From NCBI RefSeq assembly GCF_061322215.1, contig NZ_CM196105.1: a stretch of DNA of 40,000 nucleotides. One strand, 5' to 3'. The notes beneath the pieces were generated by a model. It was not told the DNA's origin. It did no database searches and was given only the letters and a program-made list of their open reading frames with translations. Shown in pieces: positions 1 through 11,145 of the stretch (its first letter is position 1; the number at the start of each line of letters is the position of its first letter). A program made the position numbers and the translations under genes.

Positions 1-1134
1 TTCGTTAGGTGCATGCGCTTCAGGTTCTTTACCCGGGCCAAAGCCGATCACCGGAATGCCGTGACGGCCCATGATAGATACGCCGTTAGTTGAGAAGGTC
101 CACTTATCAACAACCGGCGCTTTGCCAAACAGCCCTTCGTAGGCATTCACCAGTGCTTTAACGGTGAAGTGATCTTCTTCCACTTTCCAGGTCGGGAAGT
201 AGCATTCGGTTGGGTAAACCAGGCCAGTCCAGGACGGACGGTCGTAGTTGTACATAGAAACAACCGCGTTAGCTTTCTGTACTGCAGGCAGGGCGCGGAT
301 TTCGTCCAGCGCGCCTTCCCAGGTTTCGCCCCAGGTCAGACGGCGGTCAATAGAGACGGCGCAGCTATCTGCTACAGCGCAACGGCTTGGGGATGTGAAG
401 AAGATTTCAGAAACGGTGAGGGTGCCTTTGCCGAGGAATTCGTCATAACCCAGACGTTGGGAGAGTTCTTGTAATTCGCCAAGAATCGGACCCATTTTGA
501 AAATGGCGTTGTCACCGCGTTCTGGTGCAGAACCGTGGCAGCTAACACCCTGAACATCAATACGAATTTCCATACGACCGCGCTGACCACGGTATACCTG
601 GCAGTCGGTTGGTTCGGTACTGACCACAAATTCCGGGCGAATGCCGGATTGTTCAATAATGTACTGCCAGCACAGGCCGTCGCAGTCTTCTTCCTGCACA
701 GTACCGGTAACCAGCAGGGTATATTCATCTTCCAGACCGAGGTCTTTAATGATTTTACCGGCATAAACCATAGATGCCATGCCGCCTTCCTGGTCGGAAG
801 TACCGCGACCACCGATCAGCTCATCAGTTTCCATGCCTTCGTACGGATCGAAGTCCCAGTTTTTGATGTTGCCAATACCGACGGTATCGATATGAGCGTC
901 CATTGCCACCAGACGCGGGCCGTGGCCGATATAACCGAGAACGTTGCCCATCGGGTCGATTTCAACTTTATCGAAGCCGACTTTTTCCATCTCTTCTTTA
1001 ATACGATGTACTACGCGTTTTTCGTCGCAGCTTTCACTGGGAATAGCAACCATGTCGCGCAGGAAGCGAGTCATGTCCGCCTGGTAATCTTTTGCTTTTT
1101 CAAGAATCAGTTTGAATGGAATATTCTTAGCCAT
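1..1134 (-). CDS. ygeY: YgeY-type M20 family peptidase/deacetylase, partial (runs off window start)
   Basis: Reverse-strand frame from ATG at 1134 reads [41 protein letters not shown]...[11 protein letters not shown]...[15 protein letters not shown]...[11 protein letters not shown] and stays open to base 1; order matches ygeW-ygeX-ygeY. Confidence 0.93.
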
Positions 1135-1191
1135 TATTTTTCTCCAGATTTTTTACTCCCCGTTTTGCAGGGAGCAGTTCCAATAGGGTGA

Positions 1192-2388
1192 TTAAGGTGC
1201 TACAGCGTGTTTGCCTTCCCAGACAACTTCGCGGTAGTGCTTCACGTCTGTGTCGCCTTCAGTGCTGATAACCAGCACTACGGCATCTTTGTTCAGCGCC
1301 AGTTTTTCCATCAGGCTTTGACGTTGCGGGTGATAATGAACCGCCGCGAGAACGCCCAAACCGACAGCGCCGGATTCACCGGAGATGATGCGCGGGTCGT
1401 TGCCGTACGGATTACCCAGCACGCGCATACCTAATGCGGCAACGCTGTCCTGGCAGGAGATGAATTGGGTGGCGCAGTTACGTAGGATTTCCCAGCCCAG
1501 CGGGTTAGGTTCGCCACAGGCCAGGCCCGCCATGATGGTGGCCATATCACCGCCAACGTTGACGATGTCGCCTTTGACGCCGGAGCGATAAATACAGTCA
1601 GCTTTGTCAGGTTCAACAATAATGCTGTGCAGATTTTGCGGGCTATAGACGTCGACCAGATAACCCAGCACACCACCGGCCATTGCACCGACACCGGCTT
1701 GCAGCAGAACGTGCGTCGGGGTTACGCCCATTTCACGCATTTGCTCGACGGCTTCATCTGCCAGGGTTGCGTAGCCTTGCATGATCCAGGTTGGGATTTT
1801 GGTGTAACCTTCCCATGCTGTATCCTGTACCACTTCCCAGCCGTGCTGCTGCGCGTGTTGCATGGTCAGGCGAACGGTATCGTCATAGTTCATATCCGTG
1901 ACGATGCACTCGGCACCGAGGTTCAGAATGGCGTCAACGCGTTCCTGAGCAGAACCTTTCGGCATGTAAATCACCGCATTCTGTCCGAGTTGCTGTGCTG
2001 CCCATGCCACACCGCGCCCGTGGTTGCCGTCGGTGGTGGTCGCGAAGGTCATTTTTTCGCCGATGGCATTTTTCAGATGCTCAAATGACAGCGTTTCGAT
2101 ATCAAGATGATATTTTTCACACAATAATTGAGCGATGGCGTACGCACCGCCGAGCATTTTGAAGGCGTTCAGACCGAATCGTTTTGATTCGTCTTTGACG
2201 AGAATTTTCTTCACACCAAAAAGGTTTGCGAGATCGTCCAGCGCACAAAGCGGTGTTGGGCGATAACCAGCAATTTTCTGGTGGAACTGGCGCGCCAGTT
2301 TGGCCTGGCTTTGCGAAAAGAGCGGTGATGTTTCGCCGTTGAAAAATTTGTTATCGGCGATATCAATCTTCAATGAGAAAACGGACAT
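1192..2388 (-). CDS. ygeX: Diaminopropionate ammonia-lyase, PLP-dependent (DpaL)
   Basis: 398-aa ORF MSVFSLKIDIADNKFFNGETSPLF...SKRFGLNAFKMLGGAYA...; PLP-lyase fold motifs and gene order. Confidence 0.95.
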   Translation of the reverse strand: MSVFSLKIDIADNKFFNGETSPLFSQSQAKLARQFHQKIAGYRPTPLCALDDLANLFGVKKILVKDESKRFGLNAFKMLGGAYAIAQLLCEKYHLDIETLSFEHLKNAIGEKMTFATTTDGNHGRGVAWAAQQLGQNAVIYMPKGSAQERVDAILNLGAECIVTDMNYDDTVRLTMQHAQQHGWEVVQDTAWEGYTKIPTWIMQGYATLADEAVEQMREMGVTPTHVLLQAGVGAMAGGVLGYLVDVYSPQNLHSIIVEPDKADCIYRSGVKGDIVNVGGDMATIMAGLACGEPNPLGWEILRNCATQFISCQDSVAALGMRVLGNPYGNDPRIISGESGAVGLGVLAAVHYHPQRQSLMEKLALNKDAVVLVISTEGDTDVKHYREVVWEGKHAVAP

Positions 2389-2445
2389 ATCCTATCCTTT
2401 TGGCCTCTGGAAATAGAGGGCCGACCAGCTGATCGGCCCGAGGGG

Positions 2446-3636
2446 TTATTTCACGCGTTCTTGCGCTTCTTTCAGCAGTTGCTCGAGCAGTGCACCTGGT
2501 TTGGCGTATTTACGGGACAGGATCATCGCGGCGATGATATAAGGCTTCCAGCTGGCTTCTTTGTAGGTAGCGATACGGTATTTTTCGAATACGCCTTCAG
2601 TCACTTCACCTTCTTTGCAGGATACACCGCTGATATCAGCTGGCAGGCAGTGCATGTACAGGGCTTCGCCATCACGGGTCAGTTCCATCATCTCTTCAGT
2701 ACAATGCCAGTCTTTGTGTTGCGCGTTCTGTGCCAGACACTGTTTTTCCAGTGCTTTTAAGCCTTCGTGATCGTTCGCACGCAGCAATTCAGTACGCTCT
2801 TCCATCACTTTGTAAGGTGCCCATGACTTCGGATAAACGATGTCTGCGTCTTTGAAGGCTTCTTCCATGCTGGTGACCTGACGGAAGCTACCGCCGGAGG
2901 CTTTAGCATTGTTTTTAGCGACTTCAACGACATCCGGGATCAGGTCGTAGCCTTCCGGATGGGCCAGGGTGACATCCATACCGAAGCGAGTCATCAGACC
3001 GATGATGCCTTGTGGTACAGAGAGCGGTTTGCCATAGCTTGGGGAGTAGGCCCAGGTCATGGCGATTTTTTTACCTTTCAGGTTTTCCAGTGAACCAAAG
3101 TGTTCACGTAACCATGCCAGGTCAGCCATTGACTGAGTCGGGTGGTCAATATCGCATTGCAGGTTCACTAAAGCCGGACGTTGCGGCAGCACACCCTGCT
3201 TGTAACCGTCATCAAGTGCAGCGCCAACTTCACGCATATAGGCGTTGCCTGCGCCCAGATACATATCGTCGCGAATACCAATAGCGTCGGCGCAGAAGGA
3301 GATCATATTGGCGGTTTCACGCACGGTTTCGCCGTGAGCGATTTGTGATTTGCCTTCGTCGAGATCTTGCTGTGCAAGGCCGAGCAGGTTAAGCGCGGAA
3401 GCATAAGAGAAGCGGGTACGGGTGGAGTTGTCGCGGAATACGGAAATACCTAATCCACTATTAAAGACTTTGGTTGAGATGTTTTCAGCACGCAGTGCTT
3501 TTAATGCTGCGGCAACGTCCAGTACTTGTTTCAGTTCATCTGGCGTCTGTTCCCACGTTAACAAAAAATCTTTCTCGTGAAGGTGAGAGGTCAGCGAATT
3601 GATATCCTTAATCAGCTCATTAACAGTTTTCATCAT
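2446..3636 (-). CDS. ygeW: YgeW, knotted aspartate/ornithine carbamoyltransferase-like protein
   Basis: 396-aa ORF MMKTVNELIKDINSLTSHLHEKDFLLTWEQTPDELKQVLD... with carbamoyltransferase-like HCLPAD motif. Confidence 0.94.
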   Translation of the reverse strand: MMKTVNELIKDINSLTSHLHEKDFLLTWEQTPDELKQVLDVAAALKALRAENISTKVFNSGLGISVFRDNSTRTRFSYASALNLLGLAQQDLDEGKSQIAHGETVRETANMISFCADAIGIRDDMYLGAGNAYMREVGAALDDGYKQGVLPQRPALVNLQCDIDHPTQSMADLAWLREHFGSLENLKGKKIAMTWAYSPSYGKPLSVPQGIIGLMTRFGMDVTLAHPEGYDLIPDVVEVAKNNAKASGGSFRQVTSMEEAFKDADIVYPKSWAPYKVMEERTELLRANDHEGLKALEKQCLAQNAQHKDWHCTEEMMELTRDGEALYMHCLPADISGVSCKEGEVTEGVFEKYRIATYKEASWKPYIIAAMILSRKYAKPGALLEQLLKEAQERVK

Positions 3637-3726
3637 AAAGTCCCGGTAGTGGAATGACAGGCAAAGTGGTTTATTTCACTGTGACTTGCCAAAGTGATTG
3701 GTGTTTTCACAGCTATACCTGGGACT

Positions 3727-3742
3727 AACAATAAGTGTGCCA
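3727..3742 (-). promoter_or_regulatory. Candidate sigma-54 (-24/-12) promoter for ygeW-ygeX-ygeY
   Basis: Reverse complement reads TGGCACACTTATTGTT, near the TGGCAC-N5-TTGCW consensus (-24 GG perfect, -12 GC is GT); located about 90 nt upstream of the ygeW start and divergent from the sigma-54 activator ygeV. Confidence 0.45.
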
Positions 3743-4111
3743 GAATTATCCACGGGGCTGCAAAAGACTAATTTGACGGATAATGTGTGGGGTTGATCAC
3801 AAATTGATGCCAGCTTCCGGTTGTTTGTAAAATACGAAAACGTTTGGCTTTTTTTATCGCGTTATTTATTTGCTGCTAAGTATCAGAAATAAGATAAAGG
3901 GACAGGCGATCTCTCTTCAGTTTGATAAACTCACCGCCGTAATTCTCATATTGATATAGAAATGTGATATCTCTTCCATAATTTCATTAGAAAGTGATAA
4001 AAATCTTATGTTTTTATCAAAGCCAATTTCGCCTGAGTTAATATCATCATGATCTATGAACCATCAACGTCTTCAATGATCGACTTTTAAGTAAGTCTGG
4101 AAGGTAAAGCT

Positions 4112-5890
4112 ATGGAGCTTGCTACTACGCAGTCAGTATTGATGCAAATTCAACCGACAATTCAGCGTTTTGCCAGAATGCTTGCCAGCGTTTTGCAGCT
4201 TGAGGTTGAGATCGTTGATGAAAACTTGTGTCGCGTCGCCGGAACGGGCGCGTATGGGAAGTTTCTTGGTCGCCAGTTGAGCGGCAACTCACGCCTGCTC
4301 CGCCACGTCCTGGAAACGAAAACTGAAAAAGTTGTGACACAGTCTCGCTTCGATCCCCTTTGTGAAGGTTGCGATAGTAAAGAAAATTGCCGCGAAAAAG
4401 CATTTCTGGGTACGCCTGTCATTTTACAGGATCGTTGTGTTGGAGTGATAAGTTTGATTGCCGTTACCCACGAGCAACAAGAGCATATTAGTGATAATTT
4501 ACGCGAATTTTCTGATTACGTTCGCCATATATCCACCATTTTTGTTTCTAAACTTCTGGAGGATCAGGGACCAGGAGATAACATCAGTAAAATATTCGCG
4601 ACCATGATCGATAATATGGATCAGGGCGTGTTAGTGGTTGATGCTGATAATCGTGTTCAATTTGTTAATCAGACAGCTTTAAAAACACTCGGTGTTGTAC
4701 AAAATAATATTATTGGAAAACCTGTTCGTTTCAGACCATTAACATTTGAGAGTAATTTTACCCATGGTCATATGCAACATATTGTTTCGTGGGATGATAA
4801 AAGTGAATTAATCATTGGTCAGTTGCATAACATCCAGGGCCGACAACTATTTTTAATGGCGTTTCACCAATCGCATACCAGTTTTTCTGTAGCAAATGCA
4901 CCTGATGAACCGCATATTGAACAATTGGTTGGCGAGTGCCGTGTTATGCGGCAATTAAAACGACTCATTAGCCGTATTGCACCCAGCCCATCCAGCGTTA
5001 TGGTGGTTGGTGAAAGCGGCACAGGTAAAGAAGTCGTCGCCCGTGCAATCCATAAGTTGAGCGGAAGACGGAATAAACCCTTTATTGCTATCAACTGTGC
5101 CGCGATTCCGGAACAGCTTCTGGAGAGCGAACTGTTCGGTTATGTTAAAGGCGCATTTACTGGCGCTTCTGCCAACGGTAAAACAGGGTTGATTCAGGCG
5201 GCGAATACGGGCACGCTGTTTCTCGATGAAATTGGTGATATGCCATTAATGTTGCAGGCTAAATTACTGCGCGCTATTGAGGCGCGTGAAATTCTGCCGA
5301 TTGGTGCCAGTAGCCCAATACAAGTCGACATCCGCATCATTTCTGCAACTAATCAGAATTTGGCCCAGTTCATTGCCGAAGGTAAATTCCGCGAAGATCT
5401 CTTCTACCGACTTAATGTTATCCCGATAACTCTTCCACCGCTGCGTGAACGTCAGGAAGATATTGAATTACTGGTGCATTACTTTTTACATCTGCATACC
5501 CGTCGTCTGGGATCGGTTTATCCTGGCATTGCTCCGGATGTCGTCGAAATATTGCGTAAGCATCGTTGGCCCGGAAACCTGCGCGAGTTAAGCAATTTGA
5601 TGGAATATCTGGTTAACGTGGTTCCTTCAGGTGAAGTTATCGACAGCACGCTATTGCCACCAAATCTGCTGAATAATGGCACAACGGAGCAAAGTGATGT
5701 AACAGAGGTCAGTGAGGCGCACCTGTCACTCGATGATGCGGGCGGCACGGCGCTGGAGGAGATGGAAAAGCAAATGATCCGCGAGGCACTTTCACGTCAT
5801 AACAGCAAGAAGGAAGTTGCTGATGAACTGGGCATCGGCATTGCTACGCTCTATCGCAAGATTAAGAAATATGAGTTGTTAAACACATAA
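4112..5890 (+). CDS. ygeV: Sigma-54-dependent transcriptional activator YgeV
   Basis: 592-aa ORF with AAA+ motifs GESGTGKE and GAFTGA, PAS-like N-terminal region and C-terminal Fis-type HTH. Confidence 0.96.
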   Translation: MELATTQSVLMQIQPTIQRFARMLASVLQLEVEIVDENLCRVAGTGAYGKFLGRQLSGNSRLLRHVLETKTEKVVTQSRFDPLCEGCDSKENCREKAFLGTPVILQDRCVGVISLIAVTHEQQEHISDNLREFSDYVRHISTIFVSKLLEDQGPGDNISKIFATMIDNMDQGVLVVDADNRVQFVNQTALKTLGVVQNNIIGKPVRFRPLTFESNFTHGHMQHIVSWDDKSELIIGQLHNIQGRQLFLMAFHQSHTSFSVANAPDEPHIEQLVGECRVMRQLKRLISRIAPSPSSVMVVGESGTGKEVVARAIHKLSGRRNKPFIAINCAAIPEQLLESELFGYVKGAFTGASANGKTGLIQAANTGTLFLDEIGDMPLMLQAKLLRAIEAREILPIGASSPIQVDIRIISATNQNLAQFIAEGKFREDLFYRLNVIPITLPPLRERQEDIELLVHYFLHLHTRRLGSVYPGIAPDVVEILRKHRWPGNLRELSNLMEYLVNVVPSGEVIDSTLLPPNLLNNGTTEQSDVTEVSEAHLSLDDAGGTALEEMEKQMIREALSRHNSKKEVADELGIGIATLYRKIKKYELLNT

Positions 5891-5899
5891 CCTCAGTGA

Positions 5900-5923
5900 A
5901 TCCGGCCTGAATTCAGGCCGGAT
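5900..5923. terminator. Perfect palindromic hairpin between convergent ygeV and xdhC (probable bidirectional terminator)
   Basis: ATCCGGCCTGAATTCAGGCCGGAT is self-complementary; it lies between the ygeV stop (5890) and xdhC end (5930), followed by TATCCTTTT. Confidence 0.75.
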
Positions 5924-5929
5924 ATCCTT

Positions 5930-6409
5930 TTACTTCGTTTTCTCGCAATCCAGAACTGTATTTACAATCATCTGATACCCCGTGCAGCGACAAAGATTTC
6001 CCGCCAGTCCGCGACGAATTTCCGTAATGGTTAATGGCTTCTCGCGTGGTTTCGCCAGCATTGCCGTGGTAGCCATAATCAGGCCTGGCGTACAAAACCC
6101 GCACTGCACTGCGCCGGATTTCGCATAAGCCTGCTGAACATGAGAAAGTTTTCCGCCTTTCGCTTCACCTTCCAGCGTGCGGATCTCTTTTCCTTCAGCC
6201 CAGGCGGCAAGGTATAAGCAACTGTCTATTGCTGTGCCGTCGACCAGCACCGTACAGGCACCACATTCACCCACGCAGCACCCTTGTTTGACACTTAGCA
6301 GTCCTTGTTCGCGGAGTAATTCCGAGAGCGGCGTGCCTGGTGCGGCGTGAAGCTGAAAAGGCATCCCGTTAATGGTGCATTCGATGGTAATTGTTTCGCT
6401 GTGATTCAT
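5930..6409 (-). CDS. xdhC: Xanthine dehydrogenase-family 2Fe-2S subunit XdhC
   Basis: 159 aa with [15 protein letters not shown] and CGFCTPG / CRCTGY cysteine motifs of the ferredoxin-like molybdenum hydroxylase subunit. Confidence 0.95.
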
Positions 6410-7284
6410 TGCAATTTTCCCCCCGCCGCGGCGACGGCTTCGCTAATCACTTTTTTGGTCATCGTCTGGATGAGATGCAGACGAAACTCTTTACTGGCCC
6501 GCCATGAAGAACGCGGGGCGACATCTTGCAGGACAGATTCGCTGATAGCTTCCAGCGTTTGCAGGTTTAATGGCGCATTTTGTGCAGTCTGTTCGGCATG
6601 TTGGCAGCGAATCGGCGTTGGCGCGGCAACACCAAATGCCAGGCGTAATTCGCTGAAATTGCCGTTATCCAGTCGGCAATGTGCGGCACAGCCAATCGTT
6701 GAAATATCCATTGCGTCGCGCATGGCATATTTAAAATGCGCGCTGCCCGCGTGTTCTTTCGGCTGGGGCGGAAAATGAAAGGCGACAAGGATTTCGTCAT
6801 GCTCAAGAGACACTTTGCCCGGCTCAGTGTGAAAGCCATTAATCGGGACGAAACGAACACCGCGCGGGGAGTGAATCTCCAGTTTCGCGTCATAAATTAG
6901 CGTTGGCGTGGCAGAATCTGCGCTGGTAGCACCGTTGCAAATATTTCCACCGTAGGTAGCGACGTTACGGATCTGCGGTCCGGCAATGGATGAGGCCGCA
7001 GCACATAACGCCGGGAGATGACGTTGAGTTACAGGATCTTCAATGAGCTGGGTAAATGTCGTTGCAGAGCCGATACGTAGTGAGCCATCTTCCGCCAGCG
7101 TAATTCCCCGCAGCTCCGCCAGATTATGAATATCAACAATATGGCGATAACGGTCATTGTGATGGTGGAGCTGAATCAGTACGTCAGTGCCACCGGCGAG
7201 CAGTTTGGCCTGCGGGTTGTCAGCCAGCAGGTTGATGGCATCGGCAAGGGTTGCTGCGCGATGGTAAGAAGTAAAATCAAACAT
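6406..7284 (-). CDS. xdhB: Xanthine dehydrogenase-family FAD-binding subunit XdhB
   Basis: 292 aa; LLAGGTDV and [13 protein letters not shown]-binding motifs; overlaps xdhC by 4 nt. Confidence 0.95.
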
Positions 7285-7294
7285 GATGTTATCC

Positions 7295-9592
7295 TCAAAT
7301 CAATCCTGCCAGATGGAACTCTTCATATAACCGTTTTGGCGTCAGCGGCAGTGTATTGATTGCAACACCGGTAGCCATCTTCACCGCGTTACGAATAGCA
7401 GCGGCAACAGGAATTATTGGTGGCTCACCCAGTGACTTATGTCCGTATGCGGATTGCGGCTCATTGATTTCGACGAACGCGCTTTCCAGTTGTGGCAGAT
7501 CCGGCATGGTCGGCATTTTGTAATCCAGCAGATTGGGGTTACGGACCACGCCGCTTTTCGCATCGATGATCATCTCTTCAAATAGCGCCCAGCCAATGCC
7601 CATTCCCATTCCGCCGTGTACCTGACCTTCTGCCAGCAGCGGATTTAGAATATGCCCCGAATCATGAACGTTGAGGATGCGGTTGATGGTGACTTTACAC
7701 AGCGCAATATCGACCGTCAGATCAACAAAGGTACAGCCAAACGCCGGTGGGTTAGTGGTGGTTTTGATGGAGCTTTCAGCAGAGAGCTGCCCGCCGCGTT
7801 CAGGGTGGTAGAAAGCGTCCATCGCCAAATCTTTTAACGACATTAACGGTTCTTCCGGTCGTTCAATCAGCACGATATGGCCTTTTATCAGGGTCAGATT
7901 CATCGCTGACTGATGTAGCATGACTGCGGCGTGAGCGATGATTTTCTCTTTTAATAACAGTGCCGCACTGCGCAGCGCAGGCGCGGCAACATAGCTCTGG
8001 CGTGAGGCAAATGCGCCGGGATCGAACGGCGTAACATCGGTATCTTGTGTTGAAATAACGCGAACGTCGCTGACCGGAACCCCCACGGTTTCTGCCACCA
8101 TTTGCGAGAAGACGGTGTCGGCACCCTGACCGATTTCCGTCGCGCCGCTTTGCACGTTGATGGTTCCATCCTGATTCATCAGAAGGCGCGCGCCTGCTAT
8201 TTCTACGCCGACAGGCCAGGTGTTCGAGGTGTAGCTAAAACAGGCGACGCCAACGCCGCGGCGTAAATTGCCTTTCTGGTTCTGGCACTCTGCACGGCGT
8301 TTTTCCCATTCAAAGATTTTCCGGCCTTTTTCAAGACACTCCGGCAACCCTGCGCTGTAAATACGTTTGCCCGTGAGCGGATTAGCATCTCCTTCGCGGG
8401 CGGCGTTGCGTAAACGAATTTCAACAGGATCAATACCTAACGCTGTCGCGGCGTCATCAAGCATAGACTCAACGGCAAATACGACTTGTGGCGCGCCATA
8501 ACCACGCATCGCACCAGCCGAGGGGAGGTTGGTATAGCAGGTCTTTGAACTGTAAGCGTAGGCACAACGAGGATAAAGGTAAGCGACTTTATTCCCCCCC
8601 GCAGAAGCGATGGAGTGCCCGTGAGATGCGTAAGCGCCGGTGTTAGACAGAACATCCAGACTATAACCTTTCAATGTTCCGTCGCGGTTCACGCCCATTT
8701 GCCCGTCAATAGTAAAAGCGTGGCGGGTACGGGTTGCGAGGAAACACTCTTCACGGCTAAGGGAAACTTTCACCGGAATGCCGCCAAGCTTGCTGGTCAG
8801 GAATGCCGCCATTGGCTCTTCCAGTACATCCTGTTTATTACCAAAACCGCCACCGACAAACGGTTTGATGACTCGTACGCATGACCAGGGAATATTCAGC
8901 GCCTGACCAACCACACGGCGAACAATGTGTGGGATCTGGGTGCTGGAAACGATGGTAATTCGCGAGTCATCCTCCATCCATGCCAGCGATGTCACGCTTT
9001 CCATGTGACAATGTTGAATGACCGGCGTCTGATAGTGCCCCTGTACCTGGTAGTCGGCGGCATCGATTGTTTGTTGGACATTGCCCGTCGACATCGTGCT
9101 TTGTTTTAGTAAATTGCCGCCGTTATGGATTGGTTCAGCGTCATCAGCCAGCGCCGCTTCTGGGGTGGTGATAACGGGTAATTCTTGCCACTCAATGCTG
9201 ACCAATTGCGCCGCTTTTTCTGCCGTGAGTTCATCACGGGCCACGACGATGGCAACGGCGTCACCATGGTGACGAACATGGCGAGTTAGCAGTGCGCGAT
9301 CGGCGGTATCGCGCTTGTTTTCGTCAAGTGTCCAGGCATGCCCAGCTGTAGCGAATGGGATATCAGGCACATCTTCCCAGGTAAAAATCGCCAGTACGCC
9401 CGGTAAACTTCTGGCTTGTTCATCATTAATACTTACGGCATAACCATGTGCGATAGGGCTACGTACATATTTCGCGTAACACATGCCCGCCATAACATAA
9501 TCGTCAGTATATCGTGCCCGCCCGGTGACCTTAGCAATGGCATCTACGCGCATGCATGATTCACCTGTAGCGGTTGCTTCCCGCGCTTCCAT
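7295..9592 (-). CDS. xdhA: Xanthine dehydrogenase-family molybdenum-binding subunit XdhA
   Basis: 765-aa ORF; an internal start at 9553 (MRVDAIAKVTGRARYTDDY...) would give a 752-aa protein and is the more likely start. Confidence 0.94.
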   Translation of the reverse strand: MEAREATATGESCMRVDAIAKVTGRARYTDDYVMAGMCYAKYVRSPIAHGYAVSINDEQARSLPGVLAIFTWEDVPDIPFATAGHAWTLDENKRDTADRALLTRHVRHHGDAVAIVVARDELTAEKAAQLVSIEWQELPVITTPEAALADDAEPIHNGGNLLKQSTMSTGNVQQTIDAADYQVQGHYQTPVIQHCHMESVTSLAWMEDDSRITIVSSTQIPHIVRRVVGQALNIPWSCVRVIKPFVGGGFGNKQDVLEEPMAAFLTSKLGGIPVKVSLSREECFLATRTRHAFTIDGQMGVNRDGTLKGYSLDVLSNTGAYASHGHSIASAGGNKVAYLYPRCAYAYSSKTCYTNLPSAGAMRGYGAPQVVFAVESMLDDAATALGIDPVEIRLRNAAREGDANPLTGKRIYSAGLPECLEKGRKIFEWEKRRAECQNQKGNLRRGVGVACFSYTSNTWPVGVEIAGARLLMNQDGTINVQSGATEIGQGADTVFSQMVAETVGVPVSDVRVISTQDTDVTPFDPGAFASRQSYVAAPALRSAALLLKEKIIAHAAVMLHQSAMNLTLIKGHIVLIERPEEPLMSLKDLAMDAFYHPERGGQLSAESSIKTTTNPPAFGCTFVDLTVDIALCKVTINRILNVHDSGHILNPLLAEGQVHGGMGMGIGWALFEEMIIDAKSGVVRNPNLLDYKMPTMPDLPQLESAFVEINEPQSAYGHKSLGEPPIIPVAAAIRNAVKMATGVAINTLPLTPKRLYEEFHLAGLI

Positions 9593-10007
9593 AGAAATCC
9601 CCTCGATTTGAACATTTGGTTCTTATGGCAAAGATTTAGTCTAAGCAGGCAAGATTTACGCCAGAAACGACGATAAGCGTTAAGGGAGGAAGGAAGTGTG
9701 ATGATGTTAAAAAAACACAGATATGATACGAAACAGGACCCTGAATAGGGGCAGTGATACGTATCAATATGAGTGGCGATAAAATCAATGTGATAAATTG
9801 GGATTATTACGCATCAGGATGGGAAATAGGGTAAATGAGTCAGGAAATTCGATACCTCTACAGTGAATATTTTGCTGATGATACTTCCCTTTGCCAAATG
9901 AAATTAACCTCTTTCTCTATTACCGCGTTTTTCCAGAAGCAAGAGATTGGGTATCAAGAGGCTGGCTGCTATGATATGGCGTCTTGTTTTTTAAGCGAGG
10001 AAAGATT

Positions 10008-10760
10008 TTGAGTGCGGGACGCCTGAATAAAAAATCTCTGGGTATCGTGATGTTGTTATCGGTTGGACTGCTTTTGGCGGGCTGCTCGGGTAGCAAATCA
10101 TCCGATACAGGAACGTATTCCGGCTCCGTTTACACCGTGAAACGGGGGGATACGCTATATCGTATTTCGCGCACCACGGGAACCAGCGTAAAAGAGCTGG
10201 CGCGACTGAACGGCATTTCCCCCCCTTACACCATTGAAGTTGGTCAGAAACTAAAACTGGGTGGGGCGAAAAGTAGCAGTACACGTAAATCAACCGCCAA
10301 ATCAACGACCAAAACCGCATCGGTTACACCGTCATCAGCAGTACCGAAATCTTCCTGGCCGCCAGTAGGGCAACGTTGTTGGTTATGGCCAACGACAGGG
10401 AAAGTTATCATGCCGTATTCGACAGCTGATGGCGGCAATAAAGGGATTGATATCTCAGCTCCACGGGGTACACCTATTTACGCCGCGGGTGCAGGAAAGG
10501 TGGTGTATGTGGGCAACCAGCTGCGTGGCTACGGTAATCTCATCATGATTAAACACAGTGAAGATTACATTACGGCTTACGCTCATAATGACACGATGCT
10601 GGTAAATAATGGGCAAAGCGTGAAGGCTGGGCAAAAAATCGCCACTATGGGGAGCACTGATGCGGCATCGGTTCGCCTGCATTTCCAGATTCGTTACCGT
10701 GCAACGGCAATTGATCCGCTACGTTACTTGCCGCCTCAGGGCAGCAAGCCAAAATGCTGA
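10008..10760 (+). CDS. ygeR: LysM / M23 peptidase-domain lipoprotein YgeR
   Basis: ORF track 9984..10760; the TTG at 10008 (MSAGRLNKKSLGIVMLLSVGLLLAGCSG) is a plausible start; lipobox LLAGC, LysM repeat YTVKRGDTLYRISRTTG, degenerate LytM-type region. Confidence 0.93.
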   Translation: MSAGRLNKKSLGIVMLLSVGLLLAGCSGSKSSDTGTYSGSVYTVKRGDTLYRISRTTGTSVKELARLNGISPPYTIEVGQKLKLGGAKSSSTRKSTAKSTTKTASVTPSSAVPKSSWPPVGQRCWLWPTTGKVIMPYSTADGGNKGIDISAPRGTPIYAAGAGKVVYVGNQLRGYGNLIMIKHSEDYITAYAHNDTMLVNNGQSVKAGQKIATMGSTDAASVRLHFQIRYRATAIDPLRYLPPQGSKPKC

Positions 10761-10838
10761 TGGCGAATTAATCAGCAGTCAGCAGCGCGGTACTTGCTAA
10801 GGAGAGCGTAAGGTTTATAATGCCTTACGCATCTCGAA

Positions 10839-10912
10839 GCGGGCGTAGTTCAATGGTAGAACGAGAGCTTCCCAAGCTCTATACGAGGGTTCGATTCCCT
10901 TCGCCCGCTCCA
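10839..10912 (+). tRNA. glyU: tRNA-Gly (CCC anticodon)
   Basis: GCGGGCGTAGTTCAATGGTAGAACGAGAGCTTCCCAAGCTCTATACGAGGGTTCGATTCCCTTCGCCCGCTCCA folds as a cloverleaf: acceptor stem GCGGGCG/CGCCCGC, anticodon CCC, T-loop GGTTCGATTCC, encoded CCA. Confidence 0.97.
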
Positions 10913-11145
10913 ATTTATCTTCACCTCATCAACCTGCCATTTTTGCTGTATCTGACTTTCTATATTATCTTAATTCAATTGCTTCAGACTTTTCGCAATC
11001 GCTGTAACACTTCCCCATTTTTTTGTAAATAAAAAGCGTTTACGCAATGCAATCCTTTTGTAACAACCCAGGTAAAATACCTTATTTTCAAGTTGTTAAA
11101 TAAGTGGTTATCTACGCTTTTAACAAACGATTGATGGAATCTTTT

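Noticed and set aside
372-812. 146-aa minus-strand ORF plus overlapping plus-strand ORFs (169-474, 535-1191)
   Set aside because: All overlap the ygeY coding frame, whose translation gives a coherent M20 peptidase; these are shadow ORFs.
1207-3284. Plus-strand and other-frame ORFs over ygeX and ygeW (for example 1627-2088, 2461-2760, 3012-3284)
   Set aside because: Antisense or out-of-frame ORFs within well supported genes; no independent coding features.
4125-5748. Minus-strand ORFs inside ygeV
   Set aside because: Low-complexity shadow ORFs opposite a clear sigma-54 activator gene.
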